Below, piece after piece: positions 39,715-48,937 of a stretch of 64,000 bases of DNA; position 1 is the stretch's first letter; the number at the start of each line of letters is the position of its first letter. The DNA comes from Planctomycetota bacterium (GTDB taxonomy: Bacteria; Planctomycetota; SZUA-567; H5-PLA8): NCBI GenBank assembly GCA_015075375.1, contig JABTUM010000001.1:117201-181200 (forward strand), given 5' to 3'. A program made the position numbers and the translations under genes. Below the pieces are notes generated by a model. It had not been told where the DNA came from, made no database searches, and worked only from the letters and a program-made list of their open reading frames with translations.

Positions 39715-40590
39715 TTAACGCGCCTCCCAGCCGCGCGCGCGCAGCAGTCGCCGCAGCGTCCAGGCGTTCTTGACCGCCTGCCCCCGCACGTGGTTGTTGA
39801 AGAAGATCACGCCGCGCAGCGCGGCCTGCGCCATCGGCTCGAGATACCGCACGATCCACTCGCTGAGTTCCGCGTCGGAGTACGAATAGTCGAACTTCCG
39901 CTCCATGCGCCCGGAGCCCCAGCCCTTCGCGTTGCGGCCGTGGAAGCGTGCGTAAAAAAGCCGCGCGTCCGTCACGCGCGCCAGCGGCGGGAAAAGCCCC
40001 GGCAAGTCCGGCTCGTCCACGGCGGCCAGAGTCACGCGCCGGCGCGCCAGTTCCCGGAAAACCCGTTCGTGGTTCCACGAGGCGTGCCGGAACTCGACGG
40101 CCACGGGCAGGCCCTCCAACGCATCGAGCAGCGCGGCAAGGTGCTTGCGATTCGCGGCGCTCCGGCTGAACTCCGGCGGAAACTGCGCGAGCACTGCCGC
40201 CAATTGCCTGGACTGCGCAAGCGGCGCGATGCCGTCGCGGTACTGCGCCGCTTGCGCCTTCCAGCCGCCGTCCACTTGATGCGTCAGCGTGCGCGTAAGC
40301 TTCGCGGCGAAGAGAAAACCGTCGGGAGCCTCGCGGCGCTGGCGCTCCACGGCGTCGGCCTTGGGCAACTGGTACCACGTGTAGTTCAACTCGACGGTGG
40401 AGAACTTCGACGCGTAATGGCGCAGCATGCGCGCGGTGCTCAAGCCCTCGGGATAAACGCCCGCCGCGATCCACTCGGGGTAGGAGTAGCCGCTGGTGCC
40501 GATCCAAAGCTCGGCGTTCGAGCTTTGTTCGGTATGCGCGGCGGCAAACGCTCCAGACGTGGCCTTTGGCGGCAACACGGATTCTCCCAC
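39715..40590 (-). CDS. DUF72 (YecE/UPF0759) family protein in the imuA position of the mutagenesis cassette
   Basis: The N-terminal motif LWIGTSGYSYPEWIAAGVYPEGL..LRHYASKFSTVELNYTWYQLP matches DUF72. The gene is packed tightly between lexA and imuB. Confidence 0.75.
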   Translation of the reverse strand: MGESVLPPKATSGAFAAAHTEQSSNAELWIGTSGYSYPEWIAAGVYPEGLSTARMLRHYASKFSTVELNYTWYQLPKADAVERQRREAPDGFLFAAKLTRTLTHQVDGGWKAQAAQYRDGIAPLAQSRQLAAVLAQFPPEFSRSAANRKHLAALLDALEGLPVAVEFRHASWNHERVFRELARRRVTLAAVDEPDLPGLFPPLARVTDARLFYARFHGRNAKGWGSGRMERKFDYSYSDAELSEWIVRYLEPMAQAALRGVIFFNNHVRGQAVKNAWTLRRLLRARGWEAR

Positions 40591-40595
40591 GGCAG

Positions 40596-41213
40596 CTACG
40601 CAAGTGTTCGGCGAACTTCGATAACTCGGCCCAGAATGGAAAGGCGTTCCGGGTCGGGCCGCAGTACGGGAAAGGCGGGGTGAGCAGGCCGCAATTCGAC
40701 CCGGCTTCCGCGCCGGTGAAAAAACTTCACGGTGGCCTCGTCGTCCACGAGCGCGACGACGACATGGCCATGCTCGGCGCTGGGCTGCCGGCGCACGATC
40801 ACCACATCGCCGGGCAAAATATGCGCTCCGCTCATGCTTTCGCCCTGCACGCGCAAAGCGAACAGGTTCTCGGGCGCGACGCGCGAACGAACCGCCAAGT
40901 AGCCTTCCACATCTTCCAAGGCGGGCTGGAACGCCCCCGCCTGCACACGCCCGAGGATCGGCACCTGCACGGTCGCGCCCGGCAGCGCCGCTTCCCCCGG
41001 CAGGCGCAGCCCGCGCGAGCGGCCTTCGTCACGCGCGAGCAGCCCGTCGCGCACCAGCCGCTCAAGCTGCTCCTGCGCGCTCTTGACGTTCTTGAAGCCG
41101 AGATGCGCCTGGACCTCGCGTACGGTCGGCGGCATCCCAGCCAGGATGCGTTCGCGGACGAAGGCATGGATGCGCGTGCGCGTGTCTTGAGCCACGGTGA
41201 GTCTCCACCCCAA
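40596..41213 (-). CDS. lexA: LexA repressor
   Basis: The N-terminal HTH (MPPTVREVQAHLGFKNVKSAQEQLERLVRDGLL) is followed by the S24 peptidase domain with a Ser-Lys dyad (QGESMSGAHI ... ATVKFF). The start is a TTG at 41213 or a GTG at 41195. Confidence 0.85.
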   Translation of the reverse strand: MGWRLTVAQDTRTRIHAFVRERILAGMPPTVREVQAHLGFKNVKSAQEQLERLVRDGLLARDEGRSRGLRLPGEAALPGATVQVPILGRVQAGAFQPALEDVEGYLAVRSRVAPENLFALRVQGESMSGAHILPGDVVIVRRQPSAEHGHVVVALVDDEATVKFFHRRGSRVELRPAHPAFPVLRPDPERLSILGRVIEVRRTLA

Positions 41214-41218
41214 GTAAT

Positions 41219-41246
41219 ACCCAACAAATGTTGGGTGTCAAGACAC
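41219..41246. promoter_or_regulatory. two overlapping perfect palindromes immediately upstream of lexA (candidate LexA operator)
   Basis: ACCCAACA-AA-TGTTGGGT (41219..41236) and GTGTC-AA-GACAC (41235..41246) are both perfect inverted repeats. They lie 6-33 nt upstream of the lexA start. Confidence 0.45.
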
Positions 41247-41599
41247 TCGGGAGGTCTGCCCGCCACCGGTTCCGGCTGCGGGTACCGAACCGACCATTCA
41301 CTCCAGCCCGCGCATGGGCCTCCGATTTCGCTTCGCTCATCCGGAAGCCCATGCGCAAAGAGGTACCAACAGCACAAGAGCCGCATCCAAAGCGGACCTA
41401 ATGCGAGGAGCACCTCACCTAGCGAGTTTCTCTCGCTAAGCCTGGATCGGTTTTTGGGAGCAGGTCACGCTTGGTGGTTCGCTACGACCGCGACATAAGG
41501 AGCTATTAAGCGTTCTTTCAACGAGCGGGTCTGCCAATCGCTTTGAGGTACTTATGAAGCCCGCTTCTCGCTTGTAGAAATAGTTAGAGGCCGTTTGAC

Positions 41600-44500
41600 T
41601 CAAGGTTTCCAGGACGTTCCGGCCCGCCTTAGCCGTACGCGTTGTTCGCCGCCGGATGAGTCTGCTTCGATGCCGATAAGGAATTCGCTAACGACTCGTG
41701 GATCGCTGCGCGAATCGAGTACCGGAGCGATCCCAAAGCTGCCTGTGCCGGGTGTAGCAGGGAGCCAATTTGTAATAATCGTGAGCGTGGCGCGTCCGGC
41801 ATCCCATCGCAAGCTCGATACACCGGTCAGCGCCACGGTCTTGGGCCGCAGGTATTGTTGCAAACCTTCGCCAAGAATCACGAAACCCGTTGAGCCGACC
41901 GATCCGTCACCCACATCTTCTTCGTACTGACCCAGCCGAAGCGCCGCGCCGCCCGCACCCGCCGGATTAAATGGAGCACCGGCCATCGGCACGAACTGAA
42001 CCGTCGCCTGAACCCGCTGCTCCAAAACACCTTTTGAGGATCGTTGCGAAACGGCAGCCTTGGTTACGAAGAAAAGCCCGCCCGGAATCGGATGCTCGGG
42101 ACGAGCCAGGCGGAAAATTCCCTTACCCGAGGAGCCTACGCGTGAGCACGTGTATCGCGTGCCCAACAGCGCCAAACTCGACCAGCCTCCCGTGCCGCCA
42201 ATGCGCAGTGCTACCGGCACCATCACCAGTCGGTTCGAGATTCCCGCGGCATTCTCGGCACCCAATGCGTCAAGGCTCTCGGCCAAGTCTATGCCGCTAA
42301 GCGCCACACTCACCGCGCCCGTTTTCGGGCTGTACGTGACCTTTAGGTTCGGAATCGCTCCACGCGGCGACTGCCAGACGACCGAAGTGGATGACGATGA
42401 ACTGGGAGACGCCAGCGAAGCACTTGCCCCTCCTACGTCAACCTCGACCTGTTTCCCGGAAAGTTGCTCCGGATTCAGCCCAGCATCCAGCAAAGATTGG
42501 GCGTTAACCTTTCCGCTTAACGTGAACGAGTCCACATACGGGTGCGCGATCGTCTTCTTACCGAAGTTCAGCGTGTACTTCGTCTGGCTCACGAGCAACC
42601 CCGTGTGTTTGATCAGTCCCGTCACCTCCACGAACAGTTCCAACACGTCTTGCCCGCCCTCTTCGTCCGTCACCACCACCGTGACTCGGTACACCCCCGG
42701 CGCGGCGTAGATATGTTCGGGGTTCGGTTCCGTGGAAGTCTGCCCGTCTCCAAAGTCCCATAGCCAGGTGTGCGAATCGCCTGCGTCGGCGTCGGCCACT
42801 TCGGCAACGAAAGCAAACGGATCGCCGGGATCGGTGCCGAAGGGGCCGTCCGAGCCACCCATTACGGTCAGTTTCGGTAAGTCGTTCACGTTCCCCACGG
42901 TGATCGTGACCGCGGTGACGTTCGATTCCGCCCCCAGGGCGTCCACGGCGCGATACGTGAACCCATCGGATCCTTGGTAATCAGTGGCCGGCGTGTACGC
43001 AAAGGTGCCGTCCTCGTTCAGCGTAAAGGCCGCCGCGTGCGCGGGACTATCCACAAGCTCAGCGGTAATCGGCGTATTCGATTCGCCCGGCGCGCCGCCG
43101 TGCGCGTCGCTGTCGTTAGCGAGCACGGAAGTTCCTGTCAGCGCCGTGTCTTCACTCGTGCCATATAGGTCTGCCAACGTGACGGGCGCATCGTTGATTC
43201 CGTTGACGGTGAGCGTCACTATCGTATCGCTCGATGCCGAACCCAGCGCATCTACAGCGCGGTAACTGAAAACATCGGAGCCGTTGTACTCTGCGGCCGG
43301 CGTGTAGGTGAAGGTGCCATCCTCATTCAAGGTGAAGGCGGCCGCGTGCACGGGGCCATCCACAAGCTCAGCCGTAAGCGGCGTATTCGACTCGCCCGGC
43401 GCGCCGCCGTGCGCGTCGCTGTCGTTGGCGAGCACCGAACTTCCAGTCAGTAAGGTGTCCTCATTCGTGGTGTATGCGTCCGCTACGGTCACAGGAGAGT
43501 CGTTCAAACTCCCCACCGTGATCGTGACCGCGGTGACGTTCGATTCCGCCCCCAGGGCGTCCACGGCGCGATAGGTGAACCCATCGGAACCTTGGTAATC
43601 GGTGGCCGGCGTGTACGCAAAGGTGCCGTCCTCGTTCAGCGTAAAGGCCGCCGCGTGCGCGGGGCCATCCACAAGCTCAGCGGTAATCGGCGTATTCGAT
43701 TCGCCCGGTGCGCCGCCGTGCGCGTCGCTGTCGTTAGCGAGCACGGAGGTTCCAGTCAGCGCCGTGTCTTCATCCGTCGCGTAAGAGTCGGCGGTTGTGG
43801 CTGGCGCGCGATTGAGTTCGAAATCGAATTCCGCGTGCCCGCCCGCGTCGCCGTCCCCAGTCGGGAACGAATCGCCCCCACCGGAGTTTTCGCCGTCCAG
43901 CGCGTTACCGTCTAAGTCCTTCAGGCCTCCAGAAAGCAGGCGCAGACGGTACTTCCCCCGCGCCCATACGGTTGGGTTAAAGGTCGCACGTATGCGTTGT
44001 GGCGTTTCAAGGCTCAACGTTTCCAGGGGCACTGCGACGTCGTCGGCCGTGCCTAGCGCCTCGTCGTCGCCCGCGTACTGCAGCAGGATGCTCTCCGCGA
44101 TCGCACTATCCGCATCCAACGGTTCATCGAACTCAGCCACGACCTCCTGGGGCGGCGCGCCGAGCGGCCCCGGCGCCGGCAGCAGCGAGAGCACGCGCGG
44201 AGCCGGCGCAGCCACAGTAAAATCGGCCACAAAATCGCCGCCTTCTTCTCCGTCGCCCGATGGAAGACCGGAACCAAGATTGAATTCGCCATCGAGTGCG
44301 TAGCCCGACTCGCCGTAGATACTGTGGCTAGCTTCCACGATTTCCATCGAGGTGCTGGCCCCCGGCGTGTAGCCTTCCAAAAGCTCGATCGTATGGGTCC
44401 CAACGAACAGCCAGTCTAGATCCACTTGGCAGACCAGTCCCGTCGGCGTTAGCGTCAGCGTTCCCGTAGAAAAGATCCCCGGGCTCACGCGCACGCCAAA

Positions 44501-47500
44501 GCGCGCCGGAACGGATGAGGTTGCTCCCGTTCCGGACCACGTGGGAAGATGGGCGCCGGCGATGACGAGTTCTATGACGCTGCCTTTTGCGGCCGCGCGT
44601 GGCACCGCCGCATGCAGCACCGGAGGGGGCGTCACTTCGAACCCGCCGGGTAATAATGCTTCCACTCCGTCAGGATTGATCAGCACCACGTCCCATGTCC
44701 CGGGAAAGCACCCGGCGAGATTCAGATCGAATTCCAGGCTGCCCGCCCCGATTAGCCGTTCGTTCGTCGCGGCGATCTTTGGTTGTCCTTCCATCCTCAA
44801 CTCGACCTGCGGGGGTATGCGCTTCACATATTCGCAAACGTACGGGCGCGAAGAAGCGGTAGTGTCTTTCCAGGACAGCCCATGGGCGTAGGCGACATAT
44901 TGTTCGGATGTGCTGTTCGGCTCTCCATCGGCCCACGCCGTGTATCCGACTGCTTCCCCATTATCCCACACGTTCGTTTCGGTTGCCGTCGGGTCGTTCA
45001 GCCCGATCCATCCGTTGGCACGCCCGTTTAGCCGCCAAACAAACTCATTCTCGGCCGCGTCGCCCAGCGTGACCAAGTGGCCGCCTTGGCTTGCACACTG
45101 CGACCGCGCGCTCGTCCAGGAAACGCCCTCCTTGATGTAACGGTAATACCTTCCAGCATAGGGAACCGCGCCCGCCGTATACGCAATACGGCCTTCCTGG
45201 AAGCCCGTCCCTGAAAGCACGATTTTGTCTGGACTACTGCCCGTCCACGATCCGCTCAAATCCACGCCAATCACTGTCGGCGTGGAAAGCGCCGAAGTCA
45301 CACTGAACTGAAACGCGGCGGACGCCGGTAGGGCATTGCCGAATCGGTCGCGTGCGGACGGAGTCTGGATCGTCACGGTGTACGTCGCGCCTGAATCCCA
45401 TAAGCCTGCGGGCGTGAACGTCAGCGTTCGATGATCCGACCAGACCCAGGTTCCCGATACCGTGCCACCGGTGATGCTGGCCACGTCTCCCGCCGCGACA
45501 CTCGTGTCCATCGGTTCGCTGAAGGAGACTATCAGATCCTGCCAACGAGGCGCATGACCGGGTGAGTCCCCGCAATAGAAGGATTCGACGCTCGGGGGGA
45601 GCGGATCTTGAAGCATGAAGCGCAAGTCCGTCATGTCCGTGCCGTCAGGGTTGGCGAATGCGAGGCTGAAGCGGTCCCCTCCCGTATCTTCATGGTGTTT
45701 GAGGAGGACTGAGTGCCAACCGGCCGCGAGAGGAATAACCGTATCGAGATCGCCCTGCGCGGAAAGAGGGTTGGAGTTCTGATCCACGAAAATCTGCAAC
45801 TCCCGGTCCGCATGCGCCAGGACGCGTACATCGCGGGCAGTGGGCGCGTACAGATAGAGCGCGGCATAGCCGACATAGTTATCGCCGAGGTCTTCGTGCC
45901 AATCCCCGTCGTCGTCGGCATCGGTCAGGTCAGTCCAGACCATCTGCGTAGTCGACGGTAAGCCGCGCATGGGGTAGTGCTGTCCGACGCTGGGCTGGTG
46001 GCGCTCCTCCGCGACTTCGCCCGAATAGATCATGTAGTCCCAAAGGATGTCCACGCCATCGGCGGGCGAACCGGTCATACGTCCGGTGCTTGGGCCCAGA
46101 TGCAGCAGGCGCTTTACCTTGCCCGCCGGGAGAGGGAAACCGTTCACGTTCAGCGTCACCGTGGCGATGGCGCTGTCGCCGTCGGAATCGCGCGCCACGT
46201 ACGTGAATGCGTCGGGGCCTTCGTATCCAGGCTCGGGCGTGTACGTAAAGGAGCCGTCAGGGCGTAGATCTAGCGTCCCGTGCGCGGGATCGCTCTGCTT
46301 AACGGCCTCGATGGGCCCGCCGTTGAAATCATCGTCGTTAGCTAGCACACCGCGGTACGAAGCGATCTCGTGGACCGGCGCGCCGGGCAAGTCGTAACGG
46401 TCGTTCTGAGTTACCGGCGGCGGATGAGCCAGATTAAGGATTTCCAGCGCGCTCAGCGCCCGCCCATACAAACGCGCATCGTCTATCCGTCCGGGCGTGC
46501 GGTTGGTTGCCGTACTGGTGCCTCCAATGAAGACGTTGTCGCTGCCGTACTCCAGCAAGCCGAAAAGGTGCGTTGCCTTGGCGCGCTCCTGGCCGTCTAC
46601 GTAGAGGATTGCGGCGCCCGATTCGGAATCGTATGTCGCGGCGAAGTGATGCCATTCGTTCAGATAGGCCGCGTTGAGCTGCGTATCGAACACGTATATA
46701 TCGGGCGCATTGACGCGATCGATTCGGAATTGGAGACGCCCGTCAGCGTGGCTCCAGCGCAGGAACGGACCAAGCGAGGATGAGCCGTTGCGCATCAGAT
46801 CCGAATGCTGTCCACTGCCGCTACGAGTCTGCGTCATACGCGCCCACAACGCGAAGGTGATCGCGTTGGCGGGTTTCAAACTGGGCGTGCTAAAGACCTG
46901 TACGTAGCCTAAGGTGTCCGGATAACTGGCTGCGAAACCCTCTGGGCTGGGCCCCCAGGTCGCACCGCTGGAAAGGATTGCCGTTCGACCCTTGCCCGAA
47001 CTGTCAGCCGACGATGAGCCAACACCCTCATTGAACTTCCAATGGCCCAGCGTATAGGTGTTTCCCGCCGGTGCGACGACGATCCGGACCGTGACTGCCT
47101 CCGAATACAAGCCTCCCGCCAGCACGCGGTAGGTGAAGGAGTCCTCGCCCGTGAAAAGGGCATGGGGCGTGTACTGCAGCGAGCCGTCGGCGTTCAGCGT
47201 CACGCTGCCGTTCGTGGGATCGCTCAACTTCTCGGCGTTCAGTTCGTCGCCGTTGACGTCCAAGTCGTTGACCAACACCCCGGGCGCCGGCTGGTTGAGC
47301 GGCATGTCTCGAGCCGTATACAACACGTCATTCTTGGCCATCGGCCCGACAGGCGCGAAGTCCGCTCTCAGATCCTCTTCGTTGATGGTACGGCCGTAGA
47401 TGCGTATATCGTCAAGTTGGCAGTGCGGCGGAAATACGGCGCTGCCGAATTGCGTGATGTGCGGCAGAGATGACCCGCTACCGGAGGTAAGAGCGGAATG

Positions 47501-48892
47501 GTAGCGGCCATTAATATAAAGCCGGTAGGGCCCCAAGCCCGGGTTGACAATCGCGATATGGACCCACTTATTTAGTGGCACCGTGTAATTGAAATAGTTC
47601 TTGATGTCGGCGTTTAGGTAGTCGGAAATGTACAGCTTACCCAGATCGTTCACGCCGATGCTCTGAAAATTCGGCGAAGAGGTGAAGTTCCCGAATGTCT
47701 GCTCGACCGAAATCTCGGCCAAGCGGTTGACCCAAAAGCTCACGGCTTGAGGCTGCGCGATCTCGCGCTCCAGCGTCACGACACGATGGGCGGCATCCAA
47801 CTGCAAAGCACCGGCAGCGATGCCGGGTATCCAGGCCGTATCGTCGGAAAGCGTGCCGGGATTGGGCAACGCGCCTAAGTCCGCGACCGCCGTACCCGTC
47901 ATCTCGTCGAACGGGTAATGCGATATCTGCCCGCCCAGGATCAGATAAACCGTCGCGGGTGCCGTAGTAAACGTGCCATCGCTGGCCGAGTAAGTGAACG
48001 AATCCAGTCCCCGATAGCCTCCGAAAGGCGTATACGAAAATTGACCGTTGGAGTTAACGCTCAGCGTACCGTGTTGCGGATCGCTCTCCTTTTGAGCCGT
48101 AATCGCGTCGCCGTTGGGATCGTACGCTCGATTGAGCACCCCGGGCAAAGTGGCCTGGAAGACCTCCTCGGAAGGCACCGAGAAATATCGATCCTTGATA
48201 ATCTGCGGCGGGAGCGGAGGAATCAGGTCCGCGACTTCCGTGCTGCCGAGCGCGCGGCTGTACAGCCGGAAGTCGTCGAGCGTACCTTTCAGAGTTCCTT
48301 CGCCGCCGCCGCCCAGATTCTGAATACTCAGGGCCATGCTTTTGCTCAGAGTGCTCTTAAGAGAACCGTCCACGTATAGCTGCGTAGTACTCCCGTTGCA
48401 GACGAATGCCAGATGCACCCATCTCCCGTCGATTGGCGCCGAATAAACGAAGCTGGAGAGAAAGTCGCCGGCGGTGCCGGTCGTACGCGTGATCCCGACA
48501 TTCATGTTCCAAGAAGGCCACTGCTCCAGCAGAATCTCGGAGGTAGGCGAGTAGACGATCTTGCTGTTCGAACCACCGCTGAATTCGCGACGCACCCACA
48601 CCGCCGCCGTCCACGGCGCAGGGATTTCCGGCACGTTCAAGCTCACGTGGTCGTCCACGCCGTCGAACTTCAGCCCGCCGCCCAAGAGGCCGGGCACCCA
48701 TTGCGGATTCTGAACCAAAGTCCCGTGGTAGGCGTTGGCGCTCTCGTCGAAGGCCGTCGGGCCGGACCCTTCGTCGAAGGTCAGGTGGACAACGAGATCG
48801 TCCTGCGCGGAAGCTGGAATACAGGCGAAACAGATGCAGGCCAGCAGCGCCAACCGCTGGAGCCATCCGTTTTCGATACCGTTTGCTTGCAT
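41600..48892 (-). CDS. giant secreted adhesin-like protein (2430 aa) with LamG/concanavalin-like, C-type lectin, PKD and tandem cadherin/Ig-like repeat domains
   Basis: A signal peptide MQANGIENGWLQRLALLACICFACIPASA is present. LamG-like regions (LDDFRLYSRAL, LDDIRIYGR) are interspersed. The C-type lectin segment is WTSARSQCASQGGHLVTLGDAAENEFV..WIGLND..YVCEY. The PKD segment is WDFGDGQTSTEPNPEHIYAAPGVYRVTVVVTDEEGG. Three to four near-identical roughly 100-aa repeats (TADSYATDEDTALTGTSVLANDSDAHGGAPGESNTPITAELVDGP..) also occur. Confidence 0.8.
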   Translation of the reverse strand: MQANGIENGWLQRLALLACICFACIPASAQDDLVVHLTFDEGSGPTAFDESANAYHGTLVQNPQWVPGLLGGGLKFDGVDDHVSLNVPEIPAPWTAAVWVRREFSGGSNSKIVYSPTSEILLEQWPSWNMNVGITRTTGTAGDFLSSFVYSAPIDGRWVHLAFVCNGSTTQLYVDGSLKSTLSKSMALSIQNLGGGGEGTLKGTLDDFRLYSRALGSTEVADLIPPLPPQIIKDRYFSVPSEEVFQATLPGVLNRAYDPNGDAITAQKESDPQHGTLSVNSNGQFSYTPFGGYRGLDSFTYSASDGTFTTAPATVYLILGGQISHYPFDEMTGTAVADLGALPNPGTLSDDTAWIPGIAAGALQLDAAHRVVTLEREIAQPQAVSFWVNRLAEISVEQTFGNFTSSPNFQSIGVNDLGKLYISDYLNADIKNYFNYTVPLNKWVHIAIVNPGLGPYRLYINGRYHSALTSGSGSSLPHITQFGSAVFPPHCQLDDIRIYGRTINEEDLRADFAPVGPMAKNDVLYTARDMPLNQPAPGVLVNDLDVNGDELNAEKLSDPTNGSVTLNADGSLQYTPHALFTGEDSFTYRVLAGGLYSEAVTVRIVVAPAGNTYTLGHWKFNEGVGSSSADSSGKGRTAILSSGATWGPSPEGFAASYPDTLGYVQVFSTPSLKPANAITFALWARMTQTRSGSGQHSDLMRNGSSSLGPFLRWSHADGRLQFRIDRVNAPDIYVFDTQLNAAYLNEWHHFAATYDSESGAAILYVDGQERAKATHLFGLLEYGSDNVFIGGTSTATNRTPGRIDDARLYGRALSALEILNLAHPPPVTQNDRYDLPGAPVHEIASYRGVLANDDDFNGGPIEAVKQSDPAHGTLDLRPDGSFTYTPEPGYEGPDAFTYVARDSDGDSAIATVTLNVNGFPLPAGKVKRLLHLGPSTGRMTGSPADGVDILWDYMIYSGEVAEERHQPSVGQHYPMRGLPSTTQMVWTDLTDADDDGDWHEDLGDNYVGYAALYLYAPTARDVRVLAHADRELQIFVDQNSNPLSAQGDLDTVIPLAAGWHSVLLKHHEDTGGDRFSLAFANPDGTDMTDLRFMLQDPLPPSVESFYCGDSPGHAPRWQDLIVSFSEPMDTSVAAGDVASITGGTVSGTWVWSDHRTLTFTPAGLWDSGATYTVTIQTPSARDRFGNALPASAAFQFSVTSALSTPTVIGVDLSGSWTGSSPDKIVLSGTGFQEGRIAYTAGAVPYAGRYYRYIKEGVSWTSARSQCASQGGHLVTLGDAAENEFVWRLNGRANGWIGLNDPTATETNVWDNGEAVGYTAWADGEPNSTSEQYVAYAHGLSWKDTTASSRPYVCEYVKRIPPQVELRMEGQPKIAATNERLIGAGSLEFDLNLAGCFPGTWDVVLINPDGVEALLPGGFEVTPPPVLHAAVPRAAAKGSVIELVIAGAHLPTWSGTGATSSVPARFGVRVSPGIFSTGTLTLTPTGLVCQVDLDWLFVGTHTIELLEGYTPGASTSMEIVEASHSIYGESGYALDGEFNLGSGLPSGDGEEGGDFVADFTVAAPAPRVLSLLPAPGPLGAPPQEVVAEFDEPLDADSAIAESILLQYAGDDEALGTADDVAVPLETLSLETPQRIRATFNPTVWARGKYRLRLLSGGLKDLDGNALDGENSGGGDSFPTGDGDAGGHAEFDFELNRAPATTADSYATDEDTALTGTSVLANDSDAHGGAPGESNTPITAELVDGPAHAAAFTLNEDGTFAYTPATDYQGSDGFTYRAVDALGAESNVTAVTITVGSLNDSPVTVADAYTTNEDTLLTGSSVLANDSDAHGGAPGESNTPLTAELVDGPVHAAAFTLNEDGTFTYTPAAEYNGSDVFSYRAVDALGSASSDTIVTLTVNGINDAPVTLADLYGTSEDTALTGTSVLANDSDAHGGAPGESNTPITAELVDSPAHAAAFTLNEDGTFAYTPATDYQGSDGFTYRAVDALGAESNVTAVTITVGNVNDLPKLTVMGGSDGPFGTDPGDPFAFVAEVADADAGDSHTWLWDFGDGQTSTEPNPEHIYAAPGVYRVTVVVTDEEGGQDVLELFVEVTGLIKHTGLLVSQTKYTLNFGKKTIAHPYVDSFTLSGKVNAQSLLDAGLNPEQLSGKQVEVDVGGASASLASPSSSSSTSVVWQSPRGAIPNLKVTYSPKTGAVSVALSGIDLAESLDALGAENAAGISNRLVMVPVALRIGGTGGWSSLALLGTRYTCSRVGSSGKGIFRLARPEHPIPGGLFFVTKAAVSQRSSKGVLEQRVQATVQFVPMAGAPFNPAGAGGAALRLGQYEEDVGDGSVGSTGFVILGEGLQQYLRPKTVALTGVSSLRWDAGRATLTIITNWLPATPGTGSFGIAPVLDSRSDPRVVSEFLIGIEADSSGGEQRVRLRRAGTSWKP
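42870..43810. repeat. roughly 300-bp near-identical tandem DNA repeats (3-4 copies) inside the adhesin gene
   Basis: The same protein block appears in overlapping plus-strand ORFs 42984.., 43308.. and 43592... The minus-strand product shows the repeats ..VLANDSDAHGGAPGESNTP.TAELVD.P.HAAAFTLNEDGTF.YTPA.. Confidence 0.7.
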
Positions 48893-48937
48893 CGTACCCG
48901 AGTGCTCTCGCCGTTCCGTCGTCAGGTTTAAGTCCGG

